Assembly (NCBI RefSeq): GCF_001194135.2
Contig: NC_068989.1
Span: 29,262,023 to 29,326,022, forward strand
Source: Octopus bimaculoides
Lineage: Eukaryota
Length of the DNA stretch: 64,000 nucleotides
Direction: 5' to 3'
Positions 12,350 to 25,084 of the stretch are shown here, one piece after another (positions within the stretch are counted from its first letter, which is position 1; each line of letters starts with the position of its first letter). Under the pieces are notes generated by a model. That model was not told where the DNA came from. It was given only the letters and a program-made list of their open reading frames with translations, and made no database searches. Position numbers and translations under genes: made by a program.

Positions 12350-12745
12350 GTGAGTATACCCTAGCACTACACCATCTCTCTTCTGCTCTTTCTTACACTT
12401 TTGCTGTTTCCTACTCTCTCTCTCTATTTCTCTTTGGTCACTCTCTCTCTCTCTCTCTCTTCTCTCCTTCTTTTGTTTTTCCTCTGACCAGGTAACCAAG
12501 TATCTCTTTTACATCAGCACACTTATTTCTGGCCTCTTTCTTGTACCTCTCTCTCTGAGTAACCATGTACCTCCACTATAGCAAGGCACCTATTTCTGCC
12601 TATTTCCCTCCAATCTTTCATCATTTGGTACAAGGTCACCTACTCTAATGTCCCCTCTGTTGTGGCAAGATACCTGCATCTGTCTTTATCTTTTTGTCAC
12701 ACTCTAACCTTTCATCCTCTGACATAAGTTCCCCTCCTCAAATAC
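12350..12745 (+). mobile_element. CT-rich RTE 3' UTR segment
   Basis: Repeated gcaaggcacctatttctg / ggtaaccatgta units, also present at 50040-50185 and 51369-51500. Confidence 0.6.
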
Positions 12746-12939
12746 CCTAGCCCTCTCTTTGGTAAATATAATCTTCTCATTAATCAGATAGCATGTATTT
12801 ACCCAAATGATATTAATCTGAAAAGTGTTTGCCAGAAAAATGAAAAGTCACAAATGTATAAAAGTATACTGGAAACAAGAAATTTGCATTTCCAAATTTG
12901 TTCATATTTTCATGCTTATTTGCAATATTTTGGGACTTT

Positions 12940-13140
12940 TAAGAACCAATTCCATGGCCCCGCCATGTACACCATGGAAGATACCTTGGCACTGAAACCA
13001 CCAGCCACGAAGATGAGGTCATTGTCATTTGTCTGCGAAGTAGCTTGCAAAAGAATATCATAAAAATGGTCTTTTTGTTCATTTGGCAGACCTGCTTGTG
13101 GGGCATAGGCAGAGATAGTTGTTGCTGTACTGCGCTGCAA
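12940..13140 (-). mobile_element. RTE APE endonuclease fragment
   Basis: TISAYAPQAGLPNEQKDHFYDILLQ, nearly the same as the protein at 30495-30570. Confidence 0.9.
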
Positions 13141-13199
13141 AACTAACCTAAGCTTAATTACTTTATCTCACATCCTGACTACCTCAATCACCATTTCTT

Positions 13200-14770
13200 T
13201 GCTAGAAGTATGCCCACACCAATAATCAAACAGTTAAAAGAAAAATTCACAACACCAGAAAAAGAGACCAGAAAAACTGCAGATTTTAACAATTCTGCCA
13301 GATAGCTAGTCTCTAAGAAAAATTCAAAAGAATTACATGGTTAGATAAGCTAAAAGGCTGGTCAATGAGCAAGGGATTTTATCACATCCTAGCCATAGAA
13401 AAAGACATTTCCTCAACAAACTGCCAATTGTGTTTCTCAGTTTTATAAAAATGAAAAAGCAGAGTTATGCCAAGAAAAAAGGATTAAATTAATAAAAAAA
13501 AAGTTGGCAAAGGAATCCATGAGCAAATATATTTCATACTTTGTAACTTAAAGGAAGCTTTTCAAATATTTAGATCAAAAAATCCTGACACAAAAATTAG
13601 TTTCTCAAAATTTGCACAGATAAGGCCAAAAGAATGCATACTTGCAGACAGTGCTGGTACACATAATCTATGTGTATGCACCATTCATCAGAATGTAAAA
13701 CTAATGATTTCTGGCATGAAACTATCAGATTTAAGCAAGGATATGAAGTTTCACTTGATTGATTATAAACAATGTTTGGAATCAATTACTTGCAGCCCAA
13801 CAACAAACAACTGCTACATGGGCAACTGTTCATATTGTAATTCTTTACTAGAAGAGCTTGAAAAATTCTTATACGAAATGTTTAATGTGAACGTGATTGA
13901 TGAAGTGCAATATAAGCAATTGCTAACAACAGACACAACAATCCTAGAAAATATATCAAAATCAACAAATGATTTTGTTGAAAAATTTTGTCAAAAGCTT
14001 AATGCACTTAAAGTACATAATTTCATTGCAAAGGAACAATCTAAATTTTGTACTTCAAGAAAAGAATCTTTAAGTGAAGGAGAAACCTTAGTCATAGCAG
14101 ATTTTTCAGAGAATTATTCATTCATTTTGCAAGATGCTGTACAAAGATTTCATTAGAACAAAGCTCAAGCCACTATCCATCTGTTTGTCTGTTATTATAA
14201 ACAAAACAATGATATGACTAACATCAATGTTGTTATTATATCCGACTGTGTGAAGCATGATACAGTAGCAGTACATTTCTTCCAAAAAAAAAACCTGATA
14301 GATTTTCTTAGGAGCAAAGCCTTTAATATCAACAAAATTATTTATTTTTCAGATGTTGCTGCTTCACAATACAAAATTGTAAAAACTTTAAAACTTTATG
14401 TTATCATTCTATAGATTTCCAAACTAATGTAGAGTGGCACTTCTTTCCTACTTCTCATGGTAAGGAACCTTATGATGGCTTAGAAGGTACAATTAAATGA
14501 ATGGCAGAGTGGGTAACGCCCTTTCAATGAACAAATCACAACTCCAAGACAACTTTATGATTATGGTCAGCAAAACATTCCTGGAATTAATTTTATCTAT
14601 TCCTCAAATGATGAAATGCAAAATGAGGAAAATCTATTGAGAGAGAGATTTAAAAATGCAAGGACAATTCCAGGGGCACAAAAGTTGCATTGCTTTATTC
14701 CAAACTCACCTTTAGAAATTACAGTACAAATGATATCTACAATAGATAATTATACTAAAATTAGAATTTC
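13200..14770 (+). pseudogene. Disrupted transposase-like ORF of a poorly characterised family (putative DDD type, possibly Sola-related), N-terminal and catalytic part
   Basis: Reads across stops and frameshifts as KLQILTILP...SRVMP.KKD...LCNLKEAF...FSKFAQIRPKEC...GTHNLCVCTIHQNVKLM...IADFSENYSFILQD.VQ.FH...FSDVAASQYK...WHFFPTSHGKEPYDG.EGTIK. The family assignment is from recall. Confidence 0.65.
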
Positions 14771-15026
14771 CATTTTTATATCCTTCTATACGTTGAATAT
14801 ACAGATTTCCTGAAGCGTAGACAGACACAACTGTCTTCACACGATGTACTTCAAGTTATTCCATTAAACATGATACTTCAATAAATACAAACTCTCAATG
14901 ACTTCCATCAGCTCTCATCAACTCCTACGACTTCTCTAGTCTCAACCAATATGCTACTCTTTATAAGAGTTCGGCTAGTCTATTCTTCCAATCCCACAAG
15001 GGGTGTCAAAAGCTCTTGCCACAACA
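14770..15026 (-). repeat. 3' LTR of the gypsy element
   Basis: Aligns with 19056-19301; begins TGTTGTGGC on the minus strand after the PPT (15027-15039); outer end eroded. Confidence 0.9.
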
Positions 15027-15479
15027 TCTCTCCCTTTGAGATTTACTTCCTAGGAAAGTTTAATATTTCTTCCATTTAGGCAACCATTCTGTTTGTTTCC
15101 TCTTGTGTATGCCTAGGTTTGATTTCTTGTGGTGCTGTAGAGCACTTCCATGGGTATCTTTTCTTTTTTCTGTTTATCTATTTTTTAACTGGTAAATGTC
15201 TTTTGTGTTCCCATTTTTTACCTCTTTACTATACACATCATTTTGCCAATTCATTTTGTTACTACTCCATCTTCTCAACCTTCACTTCCATTTTTGTATA
15301 TTTTGAAAAACACCTTGGCACCGATATTAAAATACTTTGTCATATTTTTAATGTTTTCCTTATTTGTTTTTCTTACTGGTCAAAAATTGACATTTTATCG
15401 AGCAAACATTAGTTCCACAGGTGATTTACCTGAACAAGTGTTTGGGCTTTGAGTTACCTTATTAACCCTCAAGTATTGT

Positions 15480-17930
15480 GTCAATCAACTAGCGTGTTTC
15501 TTGATTTCTTTAATACTCTTTTAAATGTATCCACGAACTGTTCCACTTGCCCGTTTGATATGGCGGAGAAGAGATGTGTTCAATTGCATACATTATGAAA
15601 AAGTTTTAAAACTCATACACCATTAACTGTGTATCGGATACTATGGTGTCTGGGACAACATATCTTGCAAAGAGTTTGTGAAGACATTCTATTGTTACCG
15701 TAGAGGTTGGTTTCCAGTATCCACATATTTCTGGCCACTTAGTATAACTATCTACTTTAATCAGGTAATACACGCCATTTACTGGACTGTCAGTTTTAGG
15801 CCACACTTGAAATTTTACCGGTGGTGACTTGGCAGGGCACAATCACCACAGGATTTCACCAACTTTTCAATGTCACAGTCTAATATACATAACTTCTCAT
15901 TAGTGACTTCATTCTTGATATCCCTGGGTGACCAATATGAAATTCCTTTAATAAATGCTTTTGTAATGTGACTGGCACTACAACTCTTTGTGCCTACATC
16001 AACACATTGTCACACAGTAAGAAATGGTTCGCATTTGTGTTGCACATATTTTTATTTCCTTTAGCCTTCGGTGTTTCTTTCATTTTTATAATAAATTTAT
16101 CGTTCTCCAATTTTGATTTTATGTCTGGTCACATAACTAACAGTTCATGAATGACACTACACAAAATATTTTAAATTTCATTTTCGCTTGCAAAGAGGCA
16201 ATCACAGTATCTTCAAATGGGTCTGTGTTTTTTAAATCAGTCTGGATAGACAATCTGCATGGCCTAATTTCTTGGATGGAATATATTCCATTTTCAAATT
16301 GTACTTTAATAATATCGTAGCCCAATGTTCTAACCTATAAGCAGTATAGGTAGGAATTCCATTTTTCAATCCAAATATTGATAATAACACTCGGTGATCA
16401 GTCTGTAACAGAAAATTTCTACTGTGCAAAAAAATCTGTGAAATTTTTCCACAGCAAAAATTGATTGCTAGAGCTTCTTTTTCGATTTGAGTATAATTTT
16501 TCTCAGCTGATATCAGAGAACATGAAGCATGAACCACTACCTTCATATTACCACCTTTATATCTATGTAGCATTATTGCTCTTATACCGAACTCAGGAAC
16601 ATCTGAAGCGACAACAATCTCTGCTGCAGGATTGAAGTGAGCTAATGACAAATCAGATATCAATATTTTTTAAATTTCATCAAACACCTTTTGGCAATTT
16701 TCTGACCAATTCCATTTCATATCTTTTTCAGCAAATTATTCAGTGGAGCCCTAACCTTATACATATTTGGGATATAATTTTGCTAATAATTTGCCAATCC
16801 TAAAAATACTTGTATGGTTGCTATATTAGTCAGAGAACGCATATTTCTAATTAGGTCTGCCATCGACAGGTCAAGTTGTCATCCAGTTTTTGTCAATAAT
16901 TTGTCCTAAATATCTTATATCTGGTAAAAAAAAGTTCACACTCAAGGTAAAGCCATAATCCTTAATTTTTTCAAATACATATTTTACATGCTCTATGCAT
17001 TGATCCCTGGATTCGCTTTTAATGAGTATATTCATCCAGACATAGACTTGCAAATCCAGTCTGCTAACATTGCATCCATAATCTGTTGAAAAATTGCTGG
17101 TTTGACTTTTAAACCAAATGGTAACCTGTTGTACTTATACAGTCCTTTATTTGTGTCAACTGTTAGATATTTCAAGCATTCATTGTCTACTCTAATTTGT
17201 AGGTATGCATCAGAGATTCAATTTAGAAAATATCTTGCCACTGTTTAACTTTGAAAAAGTACCCTCCAGAGTAAGTAGTAGATAGTGACACGTTTAAGAC
17301 ATTCATTTAAACCAGTGGAAAAATTAATGCACACTCTGATTTTATGATTCTTTTTCTTAATTGCCCATTTAGAATATTCCACTTTTTGGATAACTCCAAT
17401 TTTTTCTAGTCTCTCAAATTCTTCATTAACTTGCTTCATTGCTGCGAAGCGTAACATTCATTTTGGTTTGAATACTGGTATGGCATTTTATTTTATTTGA
17501 AAACACGCCGTCATCTTGGTACACAGACCTAATTTATCAGATAGAACTTCAGGAAAAATATTTTTCATTTTTTCTTTCATTTTGTCTGACGACTTGTTTT
17601 TACTGGAGGAAAAACCATTTATATTTTTATAGAACAGATTTATGGGGAGGTCCCATGAATTAAACAATTCCATCCAGTCAGTACCAAGCAAGTTGTATCA
17701 TTTAACACAAAAATTTTTGCTTTCAAGGTTTTACCTCGAAATGTAATCTCAGTTATCATTCTGCCAAAAAATGTAATTTTTTTCCTCAGACACCTTTCAC
17801 AATGTTTAACATTTTCTCTAATGTAGGCTTTCCTATTTTTCTCCATGTGTCAGTGTTAATAATTGTAATAGAACTGCCTGTATCTGGCAATAACACCACA
17901 TTCACATTATTAATTTTTATGTACACAAAC
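15480..17930 (-). pseudogene. gypsy pol (protease, RT, RNase H, integrase), disrupted
   Basis: PR LPDTGSSITII; RT EEFERLEKIGVIQKVEYSKWA and RLPFGLK..PAIFQQIM; RNase H EKNYTQIEKEALA and LQTDHR; IN YLIKVDSYTKWPE and PDTIVSD. Confidence 0.92.
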
Positions 17931-18013
17931 TTTCTTTTGGGAGCTTCACCTAGACTTTCCGTTGAAAAAAATCTTTCCTGAATTTTTTTTGTTCGAGTTT
18001 TTTTTCTTACTCT

Positions 18014-18097
18014 NNNNNNNNNNNNNNNNNNNNNNNNNNNNNNNNNNNNNNNNNNNNNNNNNNNNNNNNNNNNNNNNNNNNNNNNNNNNNNNNNNNN
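18014..18097. other. Assembly gap (N); others at 29869-29910, 30839-30848 and 37091-37190
   Basis: Runs of N in the sequence; true lengths and contents are unknown. Confidence 0.99.
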
Positions 18098-18179
18098 TTT
18101 TTTTTTTTTTTTTTTTTTTGACAGTTAAAATATTTTAAATTTTTAAATGGGCAGTTATTTTTAAAATGTAAACCTCCAC

Positions 18180-18990
18180 ACCCATAGCATGGATTTGGTC
18201 TTGATCTTTATTTTTCTTTTTCTTTATCCATTACAGGTTGACACACATGTATATGAGAGTAATCCTTTCCTTCGATTTTATTCGCATCATGTCGTAGATT
18301 AATAATTCTCTGACATTCCTCTGTGGAGTCAAATTCCGGTCCTTTTCTAATTTTGTCAATATCTAGACACATATCTCTGCATCTTTGCTTGCAGTTAACC
18401 CTTGAACAAAAATTAGACATTTGAACATGTCCAGGATTAATTCTTTTAGTTTGAACTTTTCGTATTCTCAATTGACAACTCCAGCATAGATGATGAAATC
18501 TTCATCTTTCTTTACTAAATTCAAACACTCCCAATGAGTACTGAACAGGGAACTTCTCTCAGTGAAAGTTTTCAATAACAATTTATTTCATCAAAACAAA
18601 TTTCACATGCTTTTTTGGAGCAGAATGTAGTTATAGGTATTATTCATGTTTGGCAGGGGATAATTTTCTTAAAAGTGATTATACCTTTTCCTTGTCCGTC
18701 CAATTTCTGTATTCCTCTTTGAAGATTTTTTTCTTATCTTTGGAAATAGGCAGAAAAAGCAAATTCTTCTGGGTTATAACTAAATTCTGCAATTGTGTTT
18801 GCTACGCTGTCTAGTGAGAACAAACCTGATGTATTTTTTTTTAACTTCAACACTAATTCCAACAACAGTTGGTATTGTTGTAATTGCTGTTGTAACTGGT
18901 GTTGCTGTTTCTGTTGCAAATGCTGTTGTAACTGTTGTTGCTGTTTCTGTTGCAACTACACTACAGAGGTTAATAAGTCTTCTATATTAA
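18180..18990 (-). pseudogene. gypsy gag with a Gln-rich N-terminus, disrupted
   Basis: Poly-Q stretch followed by FSLDSVANTIAEFSYNPEE.FSAYFQR, and later QRIINLRHD. Confidence 0.75.
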
Positions 18991-19055
18991 CTAATTTTTC
19001 TTTAATTTTGTATCAAAAGAAAATGTTAACGTCCAACATAAGCTTCGAATAAGCC

Positions 19056-19301
19056 TGTTGCCACTTTTATATCCTTCCATATGTTGGATATACAGATTTC
19101 ATGAAGAAGGGATAGACACAACTGTCTTCACATGACGTACTCCACTAAACATCATACTTCAATAAATACAAACTCTCAAAGATCCCAATGACTTCCTACA
19201 ACTTCCACGAACTCTCACAGACTCCTACAATTTCTCTCGTTCCAACCACTACTCTTTATAAGAGTTTGGCTAGTCCATTCTTCCAATCCCACAAGGGTGT
19301 C
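19056..19301 (-). repeat. 5' LTR of the gypsy element
   Basis: Ends GTGGCAACA on the minus strand; lacks the outer 19 nt present in the other LTR. Confidence 0.9.
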
Positions 19302-19620
19302 TATGACTCTCACCAGAACATCTAAGCAAGATGCTATTCAATTTGAGGATATAAAAGGGTTTGTAGCTGCAATTTACAATGGTGACTGGTGGTTAGCCTG
19401 TGTTCTAGAAACATACCCAGAAACTATGCAAGTAAAACACATCTTTCTTGAACCTAAAGGACCCTCATCATCATTTCAGCTTCCTATAAAGTTTTAACAG
19501 TAGATTATTTAGATATCCTTTGTAAATTTACCTCAGAACTGTTACAGGAAAAACATATACTTTGACAGAAAAAGAAATGAAAATTGCATCACATTTATTA
19601 ATCTCAAGAAAATTGTCTGA
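19302..19620 (+). pseudogene. C-terminal part of the transposase-like ORF interrupted at about 14770
   Basis: GFVAAIYNGDWWLACVLETYPETMQVKHIFLEPKGPSSSF...GKTYTLTEKE; in frame with the 14616 ORF if 14771-19301 is removed. Confidence 0.65.
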
Positions 19621-19699
19621 TTAAGTTTCTAAGATTTCAGAATTTCATTAACTAATCATTTAAAGCAAGGCAAGGGTGGGAAGTTGGGACATGTGATTT

Positions 19700-20835
19700 C
19701 ATCTGGAAAGCTATCAGGTGATAGCAGGTATTCAACATAGACACACCAGTCAGCAAATGCTCAGGCACTGGATGAGAGCATGCAGAACAATTTCATAGAA
19801 TTGCATGCCACTTGGGCAAGCCCCACTGATGGTGCTTCCATAACTGTAGAGTTTATCCCAAACTGGCAATCCCTCCAGTAGCACTGCTAAGGATTTCTGG
19901 AAATTATCCATGGGCCCCAACCCAAAAGTCCTCCAGAACAGACCAGCTAGTTAATTCTTGTTGATGCCCAGAGTCTCCCTGACAAAGTTGTCACACTAGC
20001 CCACAGCTAATCCTCTATAAAATGCCAGAGTGGAACTTCCATAGACCACATTACCTATCTGACAGCACTAGGTGATACTCTAAGTACCAGGCACTCTACT
20101 TTGGTCTACATTTCATCAGTCAGAGAGGCATGCAGTGGAAGAGCTAGTCTGACAAACAGTGGCCACACCTGCTTACCATCAAGGCAGTGCTGGAGATATC
20201 ATATAGTTAACTTCACATTAGCAGCCACAGCCCTCTATTCAGTAGGTGTTCACAGCAAATGGAGCACTTGAACAGTGGAATGTTTCCTTTCCACAGAAAG
20301 CTTCAGAATATGCACTCCAGTTTGGTCAGATGTAAAATGGGAATGACAGTCAGATGGTAATATAACAGATGCAATGAAAGCATTTGCCACTTTCGCCCGA
20401 CATTTCAGAGACAGCTTTCTTTCAAATCATTTCTGGGTGAGATTGGCCACACTGCTCATCACCTTGTCCTAGTTTTTCTTTACCTGGAAATCTGGACCAA
20501 ATCAGATCCCAAGTAATTTAACCAGTCCCTCCATCCTGGGATCCACAATGTTATTGGACAACATGGACTTGCATCTCGAATGCCAAGCTGTAGGCCCACT
20601 GACTTTCTTGGTTAACTTTTGCTCCCATCACCACCTCATATTCTTTTAGAGCAGTGCCAATCAAATCTATGTGCCTGGTGTATGACACTATGATGGTGAT
20701 GTCATCCACATATGCTGACATGGTTCTTCCATATCCTAGTTTATGTAGGATGCTGCTCAATGCATCCAATTTCCACAGTACATACAGAAAAGATGAGAGG
20801 ACGTACCCTTGACAGACTGAGTGCATGATGCTGAA
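19700..20835 (-). mobile_element. L1/Tx1-type LINE, RT and downstream fragment
   Basis: SVCQGYVLSSFLYVL...SAYVDDITIIV...YEVVMGAKVNQE, then GPVKLLGIWFGPDF. Confidence 0.75.
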
Positions 20836-20845
20836 AGAAGCCAGT

Positions 20846-20881
<36 letters not shown>

Positions 20882-20882
<1 letters not shown>

Positions 20883-21095
20883 TTGTGTGTCTGTTTTTGT
20901 CCTACCACCATTGCTTGACAACCGGTGTTGGGGTGTTTATGTGCCCGTAACTTGGCAGTTTGGCAAAATAAACCGATATAATAAGTACTAGGCTTACAAA
21001 GAATAAGTCCTGGGGTCGATTTGTTTGACTAAAAGGCAGTGCTCCAGCATGGCCACAGTCAAATGACTGAAACAAGTAAAAGAATAAAAGAATAT
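20882..21095 (-). mobile_element. Family B SINE next to a (TA)n tract at 20848-20881
   Basis: Reverse complement of the repeat at 3236 and 41925; a well-preserved copy. Confidence 0.88.
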
Positions 21096-21109
21096 GTATT
21101 ATTTTTTAG

Positions 21110-22690
21110 TAGCTCTTTCGCTTGGGCATTATCTCAAGGTGTTCGGTCTACTTTCTTTTTCTCATGCTGGTTCTACGGGACTCTTATGACTTTTGGTACC
21201 AGTACATCAAATATTTCACACAATACATCTAGTGGAATTTCTTCCTGATCTTGCCTCTTCTTTAGTTGGTTTATATGTCTCTTATGTTCACCATGTTAAT
21301 TAGATACATCATACTTCCATTTTTTCTGGTAACAAGACCATCTTCCCAGCCTTCTTTATTTACCATTTCCATAGGTTTTGAAATGCACTTTATCACCTAT
21401 CTTGATGTATTTCGTTGGCTCTTTTGTATTTCCTTTACATCTTTTTTTCTCTAGTATTAGCTTATCAAAAATGGATTTTATTCTTCTTGCAAACATCAAA
21501 TCTGTGGGAGACTTCCCTGAATTTCCACTTGGATTCGGAGTCACTGTATATTAAGAAATTTGTCAGTGCTTCATCATTACTTAATTTATTCCTAGCTTTT
21601 TTTAACACTCTTTTAAAAGTGTCCACAAATCTTTCTACCTGCTCATTTGACCTCAGGTGGTAGGGTGGAATAAAAATTTGCTTTATCACATACCTTTTAC
21701 AGAAGTTCTTGAATTCATACCCAGAGAACTGTGTTCCATCGTCTGAAACTAGTGTATCAGGGAAACCATGTTGCGCAAACAATTTGTATAAGAACTTTAT
21801 ATTTGTCTTGGAAGTTGCACCTGCAAACTTAGTACAGCTATCTACTTTGATTAGGTAGTAAGCACCGTCCAGCATGGTCAATGTATAACCTAGACCATGG
21901 GTTCTCTGTCTCTGGCCACAACTGATATTTTACCAGCAGAGCTTTGGCTGCAAGCACACAACCTTGGCATATTCTCACCAAGTTTTTGACATCTTGGTCC
22001 AAGACAGCCAATAGACATAACTTTTCATTAGAGCCTTCATCCTTGCAATTCTTGGATGTTCGCTGCGAAATTGTTGCAATACACCTTTTTGTAATATAGT
22101 TGGAACCAATACTCTTTGGGCATACATCAGAATATTGTCACAAATTGAAAAACTACTGGCATTTGAATTTTTATTCCGTTTATTTTTTTTAATTTCTTTT
22201 ATTTTCGTAATATACTCATCACCTACAGCTTTCATTCTTATATCCTGTGCCGTTACTGGTAGTTCTAGGATAACATTTATCATAACACATATAATTTCAC
22301 TTTTTGTTAGCAGTATGGCTATAACAGTCTTTTCTTCTAGTGGTTCCATATTTTTTGAAACTAATCTCGAAAGGCAGTCCACATGACTGATTGTTTTTGA
22401 TGGAGTGTGTTGCATTTTGAAATTATAATTTAGTAATACTACACTCCAACATTACAGGTGGTTCACAGTAAGAGTCAGTAACCCTTTTTTAGGCCCATAA
22501 ATCAAGAGGAAAGGTCTATGGTCTGTTTGCAGTAAAAAATTTCTGCCATGCAGAAACCTGTGAAATTTTTTAACTGCAAAAATAAATGCTAGGACTTTCT
22601 TTTCAATTTGACTATATTTCTTCTCTGCTGCTATTAGCAAGTGCAAAACATGAACCAATGGTTTTGTACTTCAGCTGTCATATTTATGAA
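21110..22690 (-). mobile_element. Second gypsy fragment (RNase H-integrase), same family as 14770-19301, no LTRs seen
   Basis: AEKKYSQIEKKVLA, LQTDHRP, HVDCLSRL, HPRIARMKALMKSYVYW, FPDTLVSDDGTQF and PPYHLRSNEQVERFVDTFK. Confidence 0.92.
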
Positions 22691-22699
22691 GTAGAACTG

Positions 22700-24035
22700 C
22701 ACCTAATCCTTGCTTGGAAGCCTCAGATGCTACAACAATGTCCATTTTGGGATTGTAATGTGCTAACAACAGGTCTGAGATTATCCTTACCTTCCTAGAG
22801 CACCAAGGAGGTCAAGGCTCGATCGACTTTGAACTTTCTTATAAAATCACCACAACTGAACTGGTCAAATACCTTGAAACAACTAATAACTGGATGCTAA
22901 CACTTGTTGAAAATCACAAGAGCTTCATTTTGTCTTGAAGGAAAGCAAAACATTTGCTACTGATTTCATGTGTGATATCAAGGCTGAACAGCCTGAGGGA
23001 AGTGCGGCAACTGTTGTTAAAGAAAAAAGTGCATGAACAACTGGCTGGTAAATAGGAGCATAAACCTCTGCATGGCAAATACGTGGCCCATAGCAACATA
23101 TGTTGAACAGAAACACACCCATCAGTGGATATGAAGCTCAGGACTAAAGGTAGTGAGTGAAAGCTTCTTCTTAGCTGTTCAAGATCAAAGCTTATTGACC
23201 CAGAACTACCAAGCCAGTGTGATGAAACATGGAGTAGTTCTAAAGTGCAGATTCTGCAACAATGAGATTGAAACAGTGGATCTCTGGATATAAAGTTTTA
23301 GTACCAGTAGAGTGTAAATCAAGACATGACAGAGTTGGCCAATATTTACACTGGTTAATATGTCAGCATTATAATGCATCAAGCTGGCTGAATTATTACC
23401 ACATCAAAATAAATGCTTTGCAGCATTTCTTCAGACTTTATGTTCCTGAGTTCAAATACTACCAGGGTCAACTTTGCCTTTCATCCTTTTAGGGTCAATA
23501 AAATAAGTAACACTTGAAAACTGGAGCTGATGTAATCAACTTAACCCACTCCTCTGAAATGGCTGGCCTTGTGCCAACATTTGAAACTGATATATCGGCA
23601 TTACAAAATCAAAACTGTTGACAAGTGGTATTAGCAGCACTCTGAAGATGTAACTGAGGGAGAAAATTTAACTCTTTGGGAGTTTCCAGTACATATAGAC
23701 AGAAACATCAAAGTTAATAAACTGGGTATTGTTGTAAAAGACCAAAATAATAAATAAAGTTTGTTCATTGATCAATATGAGTATTCCTTATGATCATAAT
23801 ATGTTGGCAAAAGAATTTGACAGGCTCAGAAAATATAAAGATTTGCTCACTGAAATCAAAAAAATGTCACAAGGCAGTTGCAATACCAGTGATTGTAGGA
23901 GCACTTGGAATGATAAAAAAAAAATGGAATTGAAAATAGTTTGAAAATGATCCCTGGCTTACCAACCCTGCAAAAAGTACAAAATATTATTTTAACAGGT
24001 ATGTCATACATATTGAGGAGAGCATTGTCACTGTG
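22700..24035 (+). mobile_element. R4/Dong-type RLE non-LTR retrotransposon, 3' half, interrupted by a SINE
   Basis: KPLHGKY, FLAVQDQSL, knuckle KCRFC..EIETVD...SRHDRVGQYLHW, and RLE IPYDHNMLAKEFDRLRKYKDL...VIVGALGMI. Confidence 0.85.
23420..23592 (+). mobile_element. Family A SINE inserted in the R4-type element
   Basis: ctgagttcaaatact...ctttgcctttcatcc...ctggccttgtgccaac. Confidence 0.85.
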
Positions 24036-24105
24036 AGAACAATTAGCACCCATGAATTTTTTTTGGTTTTTTGCATAACTTCAAGTCTATTAATATACTA
24101 ATATA

Positions 24106-24740
24106 CTAGACGGCCTGTGACCCGTTGGCTCACCAGAGTTTTGTTTCATGAGTTTTTTTTTTGCTTCCATGTTACTTTGCATGCTTTCAATGAATGTCAC
24201 ATCAAAATCACACATAAACAGCTCACTTTCCCAGAAGAGGAAAGATTTGGCTGCTATTTCAGGTTCTTTATCACAAATAGCTGTTACATGGTAGCAGGAT
24301 GTTCTAGAAATAGTACCCAAATCTTTGGAGGTGAGACAAGCTAAATGCACTCAAAAGAAACCTATGGATAAAAACTATTTCACACAGAGGTTATGAACGG
24401 GTCTTTTATGAAATATTTACCGTATTTTTAAAGTCATTTTCACTTAAAAATATTTTGCCTATCATAATGTGTCTAATGGAAAGGTTAGAGTTTCTTCCCT
24501 TTTAGGGTTAAATCATTTTTCGGAGTATTTTCCCATCATGCACCATTTTGGGTATTTATACCCCAAAATCCCAAATATCTCAATAACCGCTGGTCTGATT
24601 TACGCAAAACTTGTTTTATTCTGTTTGTATTCACATTTCAGGGGCACTTGACTTTCAAAGTACTTTCCTATTATGCGCCATTTTGGCTACGTAACATTGC
24701 AAGCAAGCAAGATTGAACTTCATTTTGAATGTATTATAGA
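24106..24740 (-). mobile_element. Non-autonomous Helitron, 635 bp
   Basis: Minus strand A|TCTATAATAC ... ACGGGTCACAGGCCGT hairpin, CTAG|T: canonical 5'-TC, 3'-CTAG and AT target site. Confidence 0.8.
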
Positions 24741-24849
24741 TGCAGGTGAGCTTCTTTGCTCTATAAGTCAGAAAGACACTTGACAAGAGATGGAAACAAA
24801 ATCAAAAGACAAAATTAATAATGATGATGATGATGATGATGGTGGTGTT

Positions 24850-25055
24850 TTCAAATTTTGACACAAGGCCAGCAAGTTTGGGGGAGGGCATAAGTCGAAT
24901 ACATCGACTCCAGTGTCAACTAGTATTTATTTTATCAACCCCTAAAAGGGATGAAAGGCAAAGTGAAACTTGGCAGAATTTGAACTCAGAATGTAAAAAT
25001 GGACAAAATGTCACTAAGCATTTTGTTCGGCATGTTAATGATTCTGCCAACTCGC
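24850..25055 (-). mobile_element. Family A SINE, reversed, with a (GAT)n tract at about 24820-24845
   Basis: Reverse complement contains gagttggcagaatc, ctgagttcaaattctgcc and ctggccttgtgtcaaaatttgaaa. Confidence 0.85.
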
Positions 25056-25084
25056 CACAGGGTCATGCACAGTTTATTTTGAAA

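Larger units (their letters stand above)
14770..19301 (-). mobile_element. Near full-length degenerate Ty3/gypsy LTR retrotransposon (K02A2.6/Mag-like), about 4.5 kb
   Basis: Two related LTRs of about 250 bp, PPT AAAGGGAGAGA next to TGTTG, and the order gag-PR-RT-RNaseH-IN on the minus strand. Confidence 0.93.

Noticed and set aside
18793-19052. Cys-rich plus-strand ORF resembling a metallothionein or keratin-associated protein
   Set aside because: It is the antisense reading of the CAA/CAG-rich gag N-terminus.
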